A stretch of DNA of 64,000 bases from a virus (IMGVR_UViG_3300037483_000352:24084-88083); one strand, 5' to 3'. Shown: positions 52,967-61,510, counted from the first letter of the stretch. Made by a program: numbers and translations. Notes: generated from the letters alone by a model not told the origin.

Positions 52967-54341
52967 GGTAGTACCTCACTGGTTGTGCGAGTCGGGTGGT
53001 GATCGCGGTCTTGAGCCCCATGCCGTCCTGGAAGGCCACCTTGGGGCGTTCGATCACTGCTGAGGGTAGGTCACCCCGGTAAGCCCGCTGGAGGACGGCC
53101 TTGGGCTGCCCAGGCCCGTTCTGGACGGACACCCGGGGCAAGGACAGGGCGAAGTCCACCACGTCCGGGTCGAGGAAGGGCAGGCGGCCCTCCACCCCGT
53201 GAGCCATGAACGCCTTGTTGACCCGGGGGAAATTCTTGATCGCCTGGGACAGGATCAAGTCGCGCCGGTAGGTGTGCCAGTCCTGCTTCTGGAGGCCGTG
53301 GTACGCGAACCCGTACGAGGCCCACAGCTCGTCGGATCCCTCGCCGGTGAACGTGACCTTGAAGCCGTCGGACCGGATCCGTTCGGCCAGCGCGAGGCAC
53401 GGCCAGCCGATCTCGATCTGCGCCTTGAACGGCATCTCGATGTGGCGGATCACGCCAACCAGGTCGTCCGCCGTGGGGACGTCGACCTTCACTTCAACCA
53501 GGGCCAGCCCGAGCGCTTCGGCCGTCTCGCGTGCGCACCGCAGATCACGTGACTTGGGGTCGAGCACGGCGGTGTAGCAGACCAAATCCGGTGTGCGTTG
53601 GGCGAGTTCATAGGCGATGACCGCAGAGTCGATCCCGCCGGACAGAAGCGAGCAGACCGGGACATCCGAGATCATGCGCCGGTCGACTGCGCGGGACAGC
53701 GCGGTACGAAGGATCTTGCTGGCGTCCAGAGGCTGGACGTCCATGGGCAACGGGGCCAGCCGGTGGAATGCATGCGGGGTGATATCCCCGGCCTTGTCGA
53801 TCTCCCACCACTGCCCCGGCGGGACGTCCACCACGGCCGCTCCGCAGCGCCGACCCAGCGCGGTGAACGCCTTCAACTCGGAAGCCACCACCACGGGATG
53901 AGCACGGTGAACATGCAGTGGGATCTCCCCCCGCCGGTCGCGCGCCACGAACAACACGCCCGGCCGGTCCCTATCCGCCCACGCGATGGCGAACATGCCG
54001 TCGAACAAGGGGAGTGCGGCCCCCGGACCGAGCACGGCAAGAGCCGCCGCGATCACTTCGGTGTCCCCGGTGGTGTGCCACACCCGGCCAGGGTCAAGAG
54101 CTTCGACCCGGCTCCGAACCCGGGGCGCGTTGAACAGTTCGCCGTTGTAGGAGATCGTCACCGCGCCGTCGGTGTACGGCTGATCCGACCGGCTGTCCAC
54201 GTCCTGTATCGCCAGCCGGGTGTGCCCGAGACGGACGCCTCCGACTACCGTGATCCCGCGCGCGTCCGGACCCCGGTGGTCCATGGCCAGGACGGCCGGG
54301 GCGAGATGGGCCCACCCGGCCACCGCCACGATGCCGCACAT
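52938..54341 (-). CDS. asnB: Asparagine-synthetase-B-like glutamine amidotransferase
   Basis: MCGI N-terminal nucleophile, HRGPD, GHTRL, NGEL.N, PP-loop SGGIDS, GEGSDE, EGRLPFLD. Confidence 0.9.
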   Translation of the reverse strand: MCGIVAVAGWAHLAPAVLAMDHRGPDARGITVVGGVRLGHTRLAIQDVDSRSDQPYTDGAVTISYNGELFNAPRVRSRVEALDPGRVWHTTGDTEVIAAALAVLGPGAALPLFDGMFAIAWADRDRPGVLFVARDRRGEIPLHVHRAHPVVVASELKAFTALGRRCGAAVVDVPPGQWWEIDKAGDITPHAFHRLAPLPMDVQPLDASKILRTALSRAVDRRMISDVPVCSLLSGGIDSAVIAYELAQRTPDLVCYTAVLDPKSRDLRCARETAEALGLALVEVKVDVPTADDLVGVIRHIEMPFKAQIEIGWPCLALAERIRSDGFKVTFTGEGSDELWASYGFAYHGLQKQDWHTYRRDLILSQAIKNFPRVNKAFMAHGVEGRLPFLDPDVVDFALSLPRVSVQNGPGQPKAVLQRAYRGDLPSAVIERPKVAFQDGMGLKTAITTRLAQPVRYYRAEHRRLYG

Positions 54342-55651
54342 CAGATGATCCCCTCTTCGAGCAGGGGCATGAGGATCTTGTCCCGGACCGTCTCTGCGAT
54401 CTTCGCCATCATGACCGGCGGGACCGCGCGCCCGATCCGCTCCCACCGCTGGCTGTAACTACCCGTCAGGGTGAAGTCCGGCGGGAACCCCCCGAGGGCC
54501 CGCAGTTCGACCAGGTTGAGCTTGCGGGGCTCCGTCCAGTGGGCCGGGCCGGTGATCGTGATGTCGCCCTGCGCAGCCATGATCGTGTCGTACGGCTGGT
54601 CCGGGTGCTGCCGCCGCACGTGGAAGTACTTCTGCGACTTCTGGCCGGGCCGAAGCTTCTTCCACTCCTCGTGCACGGCATACCCGATCATGGACAAATT
54701 CTGGCCGGTCTCGGGGTCTACTGGATCGCCTCCATTCATCACGTGGTGGTACGTCTGAGTGGTAAGGGGAGGGATCGGGGTATCGGTCACGTCACCCTTG
54801 GAGAACGTGGGCCGGGACCCCCGGGTGTCGTGCACCATGCGCACGTCGTCCGTGACGACCCTCGCGCCGTGGCCGCGTGTCGGCCCGGTGGTGACCGCAG
54901 GCGAAGGTTCGTCAGCAGCCCGCAGCGCACCGCCTTCGAAACGCTGCCGGTCGTACTGCGCGCCGATGTACGGCAGCGCGTCCCGCACGGTGTACTGGTA
55001 CGGCATGGGGCGAGGGTGGACCGGAGCCATCGCCAAGTCGTTGCGGACCCCGACCAGGATCAGCCGGTTGCGGACCTGGGGGACACCCAGCCAGGCCGCA
55101 TTCAGCACCTTCGCGATGACCCGGTAACCGGCCGCCTTGAGCGCCGCGAGGATCTCCAGGAAGTAGCCCTTGGCCACCCCGCGCACCAGGCCCGCAACGT
55201 TCTCCGCGACGAACACCCGGGGCTGCGTTTCCTTGATCAACCGGACGTATTCGAAGAAGAGATCGTCGACCCGCTGCTTGGTGTCCGAGTACTTCTTGAC
55301 CTTGCCCCATCCGCCCTCCAGCCTCCCCGCTGTGGAGAATGCTGAGCACGGGGGCGAACCGTCGAACAGGTCGATCTCTCCGACACCCAGCCCGGCCGCC
55401 GCGAGCAGGTCCGCGCCGGTGACTTCCCGGATATCCCGGGTGTCCAGATGGGTGTACGGAGCCATGTTGTTCCGGTAGGTGTCCTGCGCCGCCGAGACGA
55501 ACTCGGACGCATAGAGCATCCGGAACCCCGCCATACGGTCGCCGGTCGAAGATCCTCCGCACCCGCTGAAAGTCGACACGGCGTTGAAACCGTTCCACGG
55601 CAGGTCCCTGATCTGCTCCATGGTCATTACGGAGTACGGGGGCTTGATCAC
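54341..55651 (-). CDS. C5-cytosine DNA methyltransferase-fold enzyme, predicted carboxymethyltransferase
   Basis: FSGCGG (I), GSPPC (IV), ENV.GL (VI), Q.R.R (VIII); motif X reads IGRAVPP instead of IGNAVPP. Confidence 0.88.
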   Translation of the reverse strand: MIKPPYSVMTMEQIRDLPWNGFNAVSTFSGCGGSSTGDRMAGFRMLYASEFVSAAQDTYRNNMAPYTHLDTRDIREVTGADLLAAAGLGVGEIDLFDGSPPCSAFSTAGRLEGGWGKVKKYSDTKQRVDDLFFEYVRLIKETQPRVFVAENVAGLVRGVAKGYFLEILAALKAAGYRVIAKVLNAAWLGVPQVRNRLILVGVRNDLAMAPVHPRPMPYQYTVRDALPYIGAQYDRQRFEGGALRAADEPSPAVTTGPTRGHGARVVTDDVRMVHDTRGSRPTFSKGDVTDTPIPPLTTQTYHHVMNGGDPVDPETGQNLSMIGYAVHEEWKKLRPGQKSQKYFHVRRQHPDQPYDTIMAAQGDITITGPAHWTEPRKLNLVELRALGGFPPDFTLTGSYSQRWERIGRAVPPVMMAKIAETVRDKILMPLLEEGII

Positions 55652-56172
55652 TTGGAACCGCCGGACCAATGGTAGCCGCATTTAGGGCATGTGTGTTCGG
55701 TCTTGATCGTCTCGTCGAATTCCGCGAAGTCCTCCGGCGCCTGTGGTGCCTCCACCGCCAGCGCGGCTTCCAGGTCGCCGACGTACCCAGCAATCTCCTC
55801 GTCTGTGTACCCGGTACCGGCGCCGTCGCCCTCCAGGTCCCGCAGCAGCAGCGCGAGGGCCTGTTCGTCGTCCTCCGCCAGGTCGTTGGACCGGTTGTCG
55901 ACCAGGTTTATCCGGCGGGCCGTGTCGTCATCGCAGTCGATGAACTCGCACCGGGCCTGGGTGCCCCCGAGTTCACTGATGGCGGTCATGGTGTGGTTAC
56001 CGGCCAGCACGATCTGAGGGCCGTTCTTGATCTCCCGGACGATCAGCGACCGGTACTGACCGTTCTTCTCGATGGACTCCTTGATGACGTCCACCCGGCC
56101 GCGCCGGGCATTGCCGGGGAACGGGGTGAGCTGGTCGAGAGAGACCATTTCGGTGCGCAGGTAGCGGGTCAT
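55648..56172 (-). CDS. ParB/Sulfiredoxin-like domain protein with a C-terminal CPKC zinc ribbon
   Basis: PGNARRG..IKESI..NG...LIV...LAGNHT...DN. Confidence 0.8.
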   Translation of the reverse strand: MTRYLRTEMVSLDQLTPFPGNARRGRVDVIKESIEKNGQYRSLIVREIKNGPQIVLAGNHTMTAISELGGTQARCEFIDCDDDTARRINLVDNRSNDLAEDDEQALALLLRDLEGDGAGTGYTDEEIAGYVGDLEAALAVEAPQAPEDFAEFDETIKTEHTCPKCGYHWSGGSK

Positions 56173-56188
56173 GATTTTCCGATCTTCG

Positions 56189-56344
56189 TCAGCCGTCCAA
56201 GAAATCGACCGTGGTGGTCCGGTCCTCCGCCATGACGACGACCATCCGGGGGTATCCGGCGGAGTCCGCCGTGACCTCGGATCCGACCACCGTGGTCCGG
56301 TCCTCTGCCTCGATCACGACCACTCGTTCCTCAGCGTCGGGCAT
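56189..56344 (-). CDS. 51 aa peptide with two V.AEDRT motifs (absent from the ORF track)
   Basis: GAGGTG RBS; MPDAEERVVVIEAEDRTT...MVVVMAEDRTTTVDFLDG. Confidence 0.55.
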   Translation of the reverse strand: MPDAEERVVVIEAEDRTTVVGSEVTADSAGYPRMVVVMAEDRTTTVDFLDG

Positions 56345-56348
56345 GCCG

Positions 56349-57491
56349 TCACCTCACCCTCAATGTCCGGTCCTCGGCATCGACCACGGACACCCGGGCG
56401 CCTACGACCCGGGTATTGCTCGTGAACGCCCCCACAGCGGCCGGGAGCGTCCCCGTGACGGTACCTGACGCCGTGGCGGTCCCCTCGATCGATCCGGTCA
56501 CTTTGAGCAGCAGGCCGGACAAAGATCCGGGCGCGTTCACCCCGCCGTCGAAGTCGGCCGTGGCTGCGCGGAGTGTTCCGGCGAACGGCCCGGCGGAAGT
56601 GACCGTGACCGACACCAGGCCGGTGGCCGCCGACAGCGCGCCAGACGCAGTCCCGGAGATCAGGGCTGCGGCCGTCATGGCGCCCGTGACCGGCGTGAGC
56701 GTACCGGCCACCGTGCCGGACGCCAGCACTACGCCGGTCACGGCGCCCGTGACGGCCGGGATCGTACCGGCCACCGTGCCGGACACGAGGGCGTCAGACG
56801 TGATCGATCCGGTGGTCTGGGGTAGTGTGCCACCGACCACGGCCACGACCGTCAGGGACGCCGTCAGGGACGCCGTGGGGGCACTCAGGGTCCCGGCCAA
56901 CTCCCCGTCGGCAGACACCGTGCCCGTGAACATGGCCTCGAACGATTCGAGCTGCGGCAGAGTGCCTTCGAGGATGTTGGTCCTGCTGACCGCGAAGAAC
57001 CCGGTCACCGCCGGAAGCATGCCGTGCAGGGAGTCGATCGGGAGGCTGGCCGTGATGTCCCCGGTGGCCGCCGACAAGGTTCCGGCCAGGGTGCCGGTGA
57101 CCAGGGCATCGGCCGCGAGGTCGCCGGTCACGGCGGTCAGGGTCCCGGCCAGGGTGCCGGTCACCTCGGCCGACGCGGTGAACGATCCGGTGGCCGCCGT
57201 CAGGGTTCCGGCCAGGGTGCCGGTGGCCACGACGTCCGCAGCGAGGTCTCCGGTGGCCGCCATCAGGGCCCCGGCGAAGGTACCGGTTACGGACGCATCG
57301 GCCGCGATATCGCCGGTCACGGCAGCGAGGACGCCGGGCAGGGTACCGGTCACGGATGCCGACGCGGTGAATGACCCGGTGGCCGCCGTCAGGGTCCCGG
57401 TCAGTTCAGCGTCGACCGGGGTAGCGGTCTGCTCCGCCTGGAACTGCGTCGTGTACGCACTCGCGGGGTGGCCGCGACCGAGACGAACCAT
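56349..57491 (-). CDS. Thr/Ala/Gly repeat protein, probable beta-solenoid virion fibre
   Basis: About 15 imperfect GTL.A.TG repeats. Confidence 0.65.
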   Translation of the reverse strand: MVRLGRGHPASAYTTQFQAEQTATPVDAELTGTLTAATGSFTASASVTGTLPGVLAAVTGDIAADASVTGTFAGALMAATGDLAADVVATGTLAGTLTAATGSFTASAEVTGTLAGTLTAVTGDLAADALVTGTLAGTLSAATGDITASLPIDSLHGMLPAVTGFFAVSRTNILEGTLPQLESFEAMFTGTVSADGELAGTLSAPTASLTASLTVVAVVGGTLPQTTGSITSDALVSGTVAGTIPAVTGAVTGVVLASGTVAGTLTPVTGAMTAAALISGTASGALSAATGLVSVTVTSAGPFAGTLRAATADFDGGVNAPGSLSGLLLKVTGSIEGTATASGTVTGTLPAAVGAFTSNTRVVGARVSVVDAEDRTLRVR

Positions 57492-57514
57492 TGATCACAC
57501 CCGCCCCCGTCGGA

Positions 57515-58012
57515 TCAGACTTCGAACATGATGTACGCGAGGATTGTGTACGTGGCCGCCGTGTTGATCCTGAGCTGGCAGAACTTACCGGCCTGGACCA
57601 GGAAGTCACGGCCCAGCGGGAACTGCTTTTCGTAGTGCTCGGTGGGGTCGCCGATGAACGCGCCGAACTGCCGCTCGGTGGTGTTCGTAGTGATCGAGAC
57701 AGCCCCGTACCCCGTGGTGGTGGTGGAGAACGTCAGGGGGCAGGCGCGGGAGCTGTCGCCCACGGGCGCCACCGACGCAGCACTGTGCGCCGTCAACGTA
57801 CTAGCCGCCGATGCCTGCGCCAGGGTGTACAGCGTCTTGGCCGCCGGAGCCGTGGCCGACGACGACACGCCCCACTCGACAAGGCGAATGTCCGCACCGG
57901 CCGGAGCCGCGAGCTGGATAGCCACCTTGGCCCCTGTGACGTACGACGTACCGGCAGCCATCATGCCGGTGGTCGCGTCGTGCAGGCCGTTGTACGCGAT
58001 GTACAGAGTCAT
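57515..58012 (-). CDS. Hypothetical protein, probably virion-associated
   Basis: Coupled ORF with beta-rich composition. Confidence 0.55.
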   Translation of the reverse strand: MTLYIAYNGLHDATTGMMAAGTSYVTGAKVAIQLAAPAGADIRLVEWGVSSSATAPAAKTLYTLAQASAASTLTAHSAASVAPVGDSSRACPLTFSTTTTGYGAVSITTNTTERQFGAFIGDPTEHYEKQFPLGRDFLVQAGKFCQLRINTAATYTILAYIMFEV

Positions 58013-58260
58013 GACGCGGACACCCCGTACACAGTGAGTACCGATTCCCCACGACTGACACCGGCCGGTACGGTGACCACCGTCCCGGACACCACGGCCC
58101 TCAGGGCCGCAGCCGCCGTGACTCCGACGATCGCGCAGCGCTTGACGACGCGGAAGTGGTCCACCAGGTCCAGGGTGTCACCGGCGGACGCGTCCCACAG
58201 CGAGAACAGCGCGACCTTGCCGGGATCCCCCGACGCGTACTTCAGCGAGAACCCGTTCAT
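58009..58260 (-). CDS. Tandem paralog B
   Basis: Aligns end to end with 58257-58523; both end TVYGVSAS. Confidence 0.65.
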   Translation of the reverse strand: MNGFSLKYASGDPGKVALFSLWDASAGDTLDLVDHFRVVKRCAIVGVTAAAALRAVVSGTVVTVPAGVSRGESVLTVYGVSAS

Positions 58261-58523
58261 GATGCGGACACCCCGTACACCGTGAGAATCGCGGCATCCT
58301 GGTTGGCTCCGGCCGGGATCGTGACCACAGTGCCGGACACCGACGCACCGAGGGCAGCGGCCACTGTGACGCCGACGAGGGTTCCGCGCTTGACCACCTG
58401 GAAATGTTCGACCAGGTCCACGGTGTCGCCAGCAGAGATGTTCAGCAGAGCGAAGACGCCGACCTTGTCGGAGTCGCCGGACTGGTACCGCAGCGGGAAG
58501 CGGGTCGGGGGCAGTACAGCCAT
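58257..58523 (-). CDS. Tandem paralog A
   Basis: Aligns end to end with 58009-58260. Confidence 0.65.
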   Translation of the reverse strand: MAVLPPTRFPLRYQSGDSDKVGVFALLNISAGDTVDLVEHFQVVKRGTLVGVTVAAALGASVSGTVVTIPAGANQDAAILTVYGVSAS

Positions 58524-58533
58524 GATTCATTCC

Positions 58534-59583
58534 TCACCAGGTCGACGCGCGGCGGACAGCTGTTTTGTAGATCCTAGGCGGAGTGGACAACACCGGCGGA
58601 ACATTGACGTTGTCGAACTCCGAGAAGTCGTTGGTCCCGTTGTTCCGGTGAGAGATCATCTGGAACTCCAGGGTCGTGGACGTCACATACGCAGGAGAGG
58701 TGACGGTCTTCCGGTTCGTCCACGCGAGTCCGTTGGGGGACGTGTCCCACATGGTCTGGCCGCCGGTCTCCCGGAACCTCAGCCACGCGTGATCAGTCGC
58801 AGAGTACGTGATCTGTGTCGATGTGGCGTCCGCGTACCCGACCCGGTTGGACATGTTCAGGTTCCCGAGCCGCGCGTCAACCTCGAACATCAGGTCCGTA
58901 CCGGCGGTGCCCGACAGGATGAGCACCTGCGCCCATGCCTCCGTGGTCGCGCCGCCTGCCGCCGGAGGGAACACCCGGACCAGGATCGACGACTCGTCCA
59001 GGGTGTAGATCAGGGCCGAGCTGTACGCGTTGTAATTGGCGTCGCAGGTGACCCGCGCCCGGCCGCCGGTCTCGGAGTAACCCCCGAAGTTGTTCGGCCA
59101 CAAGGTCGCGTTGACCGTGTTGTCGTCGAAGTTGTCGGTCAGTGTCGAGATCAGTGCCACGGGTCAGACGCCGCTCGGCATGGTGATCGTTCCGGCAGTG
59201 ATACTGACATCGACGCCCACGCTGATCGTCGTGGTGTTCAAGATCAGGGTGGTGGAGGCCGTGCCGACGTCGCAGTCAAAAACGTTGGCCGGTGTCCCGT
59301 TCTCGCAGCGCGCGAACGTCGCCGTACCGGCCGCTACGCCCTGCACGGTATGGGGCACGCCGAGCAGGGTGATCAGCCCGGCCGACGCCGTGCCGAACGC
59401 CGGGTTGTCGAACGTGAACGTTGCCAGCAGCGTGTTACCCGAAAGGGCTGTGTTCCCGGTCGCCGGTTGCGTGCCGCTGTACAGCTTCAGCGTCGCCGCG
59501 CCCGCAGCCGCATCTACCGCGTCGTCTTCAAACGCGTTGGCCATAGCGTTTTGCGCTATGGTCGCCAACCTCAAGTTAGCCAT
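58534..59583 (-). other. Two beta-rich CDSs, probably virion-associated: 58534-59160 and 59164-59583
   Basis: Coupled ORFs with Thr/Ala/Gly-rich composition. Confidence 0.6.
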
Positions 59584-59597
59584 GGATCATGATCCCT

Positions 59598-59939
59598 TCA
59601 GGGTGTAGCGCAGATAGCGTAGGTGGCCATTTGCACCGTTTCAGTGCCGCCCTTGACCCGGATGTTCCATCCGCTCCCCGACCCCGTGGGGTGGCTTTCT
59701 GCTACTACTAGACCGTAGGCGTTATCGGTCTGGCCCCACCCACCGCCCAGCACTTTCTTGCCTGAAGTGCAGTACGCGGCCCCGCTTGAGTAGTTACCAC
59801 CGCCAGGAGCATCCCAGGAGTACTGGATTCGTTCCCACCCGGCAACTTCGGCACTCGCGTTGGACGACGCGATCACGCCGACCCCGGCCGCCGTGATCAC
59901 CAGTGTTCCAGCCGCCAGCGCGGCCTTCAGCCGTTTCAT
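59598..59939 (-). CDS. Secreted protein
   Basis: Sec signal peptide ending ASA; C.SGKKVLGGG...YAIC domain. Confidence 0.65.
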   Translation of the reverse strand: MKRLKAALAAGTLVITAAGVGVIASSNASAEVAGWERIQYSWDAPGGGNYSSGAAYCTSGKKVLGGGWGQTDNAYGLVVAESHPTGSGSGWNIRVKGGTETVQMATYAICATP

Positions 59940-59942
59940 GGA

Positions 59943-60311
59943 TCAGTTCCCTTCGGTGCGTGCGCGCCTGCGCACCACAGTCACGGTGAGTGCTCCGGCC
60001 AGGATGGTCAGTCCGGCGGCCCCGTACGCCCGGAGGGGGTGGCGCTGGATCAGGTCCCCGGCGCCGGTGTCCGCCAGCTGATCGTCTCCACGCAGGTCCG
60101 CGTACAGGTCTGTGGTGACCGGTTCCCCGGGGTTGCCCTCGCACCCGACGCCGTCGTTGTCGGCGTCCAGATTCAGGGGGTCGTACCCGTTGACGATCAC
60201 TACCGAGGATGCAAAGTCGGAGCAGTCCCGGTCATACTCCGCGACGGCCGCCGGAGCAGACACCACCAGCGCCACCGCAGCGATGCCCGCCACGGACAGT
60301 GACTTGATCAT
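59943..60311 (-). CDS. Excalibur Ca-binding domain protein with an LADTG sortase signal
   Basis: Signal peptide; DRDCSDF...DPLNLDADNDGVGCE; LADTG followed by a TM segment and RRR. Confidence 0.8.
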   Translation of the reverse strand: MIKSLSVAGIAAVALVVSAPAAVAEYDRDCSDFASSVVIVNGYDPLNLDADNDGVGCEGNPGEPVTTDLYADLRGDDQLADTGAGDLIQRHPLRAYGAAGLTILAGALTVTVVRRRARTEGN

Positions 60312-60598
60312 CGGTTCTCCACCCTGATAGTGATCGTCCGCTCGTCGATACGCCCGGCCGATGTGGTAATCCGGTTGGCCACAGAGTAGACCGTCCCGGT
60401 CGTACCGCCGGACAGCCATACCGTGGTCGAGGACAGGCTCGCCGACTCGGACTCTTTGACCAGACCGGCCGAAACGGTCATCACGGAAGAGCTGATCGTC
60501 TCCCCGGCGTCCAGCCAGTCCGTCCAGTCCCAGCGCCAGTCGAGATACGCGTCAGGGTCCTTGATCCAGTCGACTACGGCCACCCGGTCCACCTCCAC
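60308..60598 (-). CDS. Fibre/head adaptor-like small virion protein
   Basis: KDPDA.LD...DW..WL..GETI...Y.V.N.I.TS.GR...RT motif. Confidence 0.6.
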   Translation of the reverse strand: MEVDRVAVVDWIKDPDAYLDWRWDWTDWLDAGETISSSVMTVSAGLVKESESASLSSTTVWLSGGTTGTVYSVANRITTSAGRIDERTITIRVENR

Positions 60599-60634
60599 AG
60601 ACGGTCATGGTGCACAGAGTAGCGTGGCGTTCAT

Positions 60635-60648
60635 GGGGGGGGGGGGGG
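60635..60648 (+). repeat. G14 homopolymer
   Basis: Read directly; intergenic. Confidence 0.8.
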
Positions 60649-60671
60649 CCGTATCCAGACCGGCCGGGCTG

Positions 60672-61157
60672 TCAGCGGAGCCCGACCGGCATGACGGTGG
60701 GGATCGCTCGGTTGCCCAGGCCCCCGAGCAGGTAGACCACACACCCGAGACCGGGCCCGGTGCCCTCGTCGGCCACGTTGACCGACAGATACGGTCCCGC
60801 CGTCATCGAGTCGGCCCGGACCCGGAACGCAATGAGTTGCTGCTGCTCCGCGATACCGGTGACCGTGGCACCGGCCGCCTGCGAAACGCGCACCCATGCC
60901 TCGTCGTTGTCGATCGTGGCTTCCGACTTGTGCCAGTACTCGGTGACCACGGCGAGGTCTGCGGACGATCCGGACGTGGACGCCGTGTGCTGCCGGACGG
61001 TGAGAACCGGGGGCTCCGCAGCAGCGGACGCGCCGCCGATGTAGAGCACGGTCATGTACTCCACACCACGCATGAGCTGACGGGCGCCGGTGTTGGCTCC
61101 GGTGGCGAGGTTGACCGGCGCGATGCCGATCGAGACATCAAAGTCGCTTCCGAGCAT
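60672..61157 (-). CDS. Hypothetical protein, possibly capsid decoration
   Basis: First ORF of the late accessory block; AGGAG RBS. Confidence 0.55.
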   Translation of the reverse strand: MLGSDFDVSIGIAPVNLATGANTGARQLMRGVEYMTVLYIGGASAAAEPPVLTVRQHTASTSGSSADLAVVTEYWHKSEATIDNDEAWVRVSQAAGATVTGIAEQQQLIAFRVRADSMTAGPYLSVNVADEGTGPGLGCVVYLLGGLGNRAIPTVMPVGLR

Positions 61158-61268
61158 GGTCCACTCCTGGTGTGCCGGGGCGCGGGTCCGGGGTCACTTG
61201 GCAGTGTAGGGCCTGGCCCTGCATAACGGCCGTATAGATCACCAGAGGCCCGTTTAGCGGCCGTTATG

Positions 61269-61366
61269 GATCAACGCCCTGACCTGCGGAAATCCCTAAC
61301 TCGGGCAGGGTGGTGCGCGGGTACCCGGAAGCCAAAGGATCTCTTTAGACGGGCGCACAGAGCTTT
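61269..61366 (+). repeat. Dispersed ~100 bp element, copy 4
   Basis: CTGACCTGCGGAAATCCCTAAC...GGGTACC...AAAGGATCTCTTTAGACGGGCGCACAGAGC. Confidence 0.85.
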
Positions 61367-61464
61367 GGATCTCCTACGCGCCGGTAAGTTGCACTCTGGG
61401 CAACATCTTTTCACCGCGAGTCACCGCATAAAGGACCGGCCGGGCGCATAGGTCCGGGCATGAC

Positions 61465-61510
61465 GAAGCCCCCTTCTCCTGCCGTCGCAGGTGATCAGAA
61501 GGGGGCTCCG
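61465..61510 (-). terminator. Hairpin downstream of the Ro60 gene
   Basis: AGCCCCCTTCT...AGAAGGGGGCT. Confidence 0.55.

Noticed and set aside
52211-54341. tRNA cmo5U modification or asparagine biosynthesis as auxiliary metabolism
   Set aside because: No CmoB-like gene is present, and the genes are coupled to a DNA MTase fold beside the terminase
54341-55651. Ordinary orphan 5mC methyltransferase or restriction-modification system
   Set aside because: No cognate endonuclease, motif X carries Arg, and the gene is coupled to cmoA-like and asnB-like genes; 5mC is not excluded but is less parsimonious
55648-56172. ParB as evidence of a plasmid partition system
   Set aside because: Short ParB/Srx-type domain with no HTH and no parA; this type commonly accompanies phage DNA-modification genes
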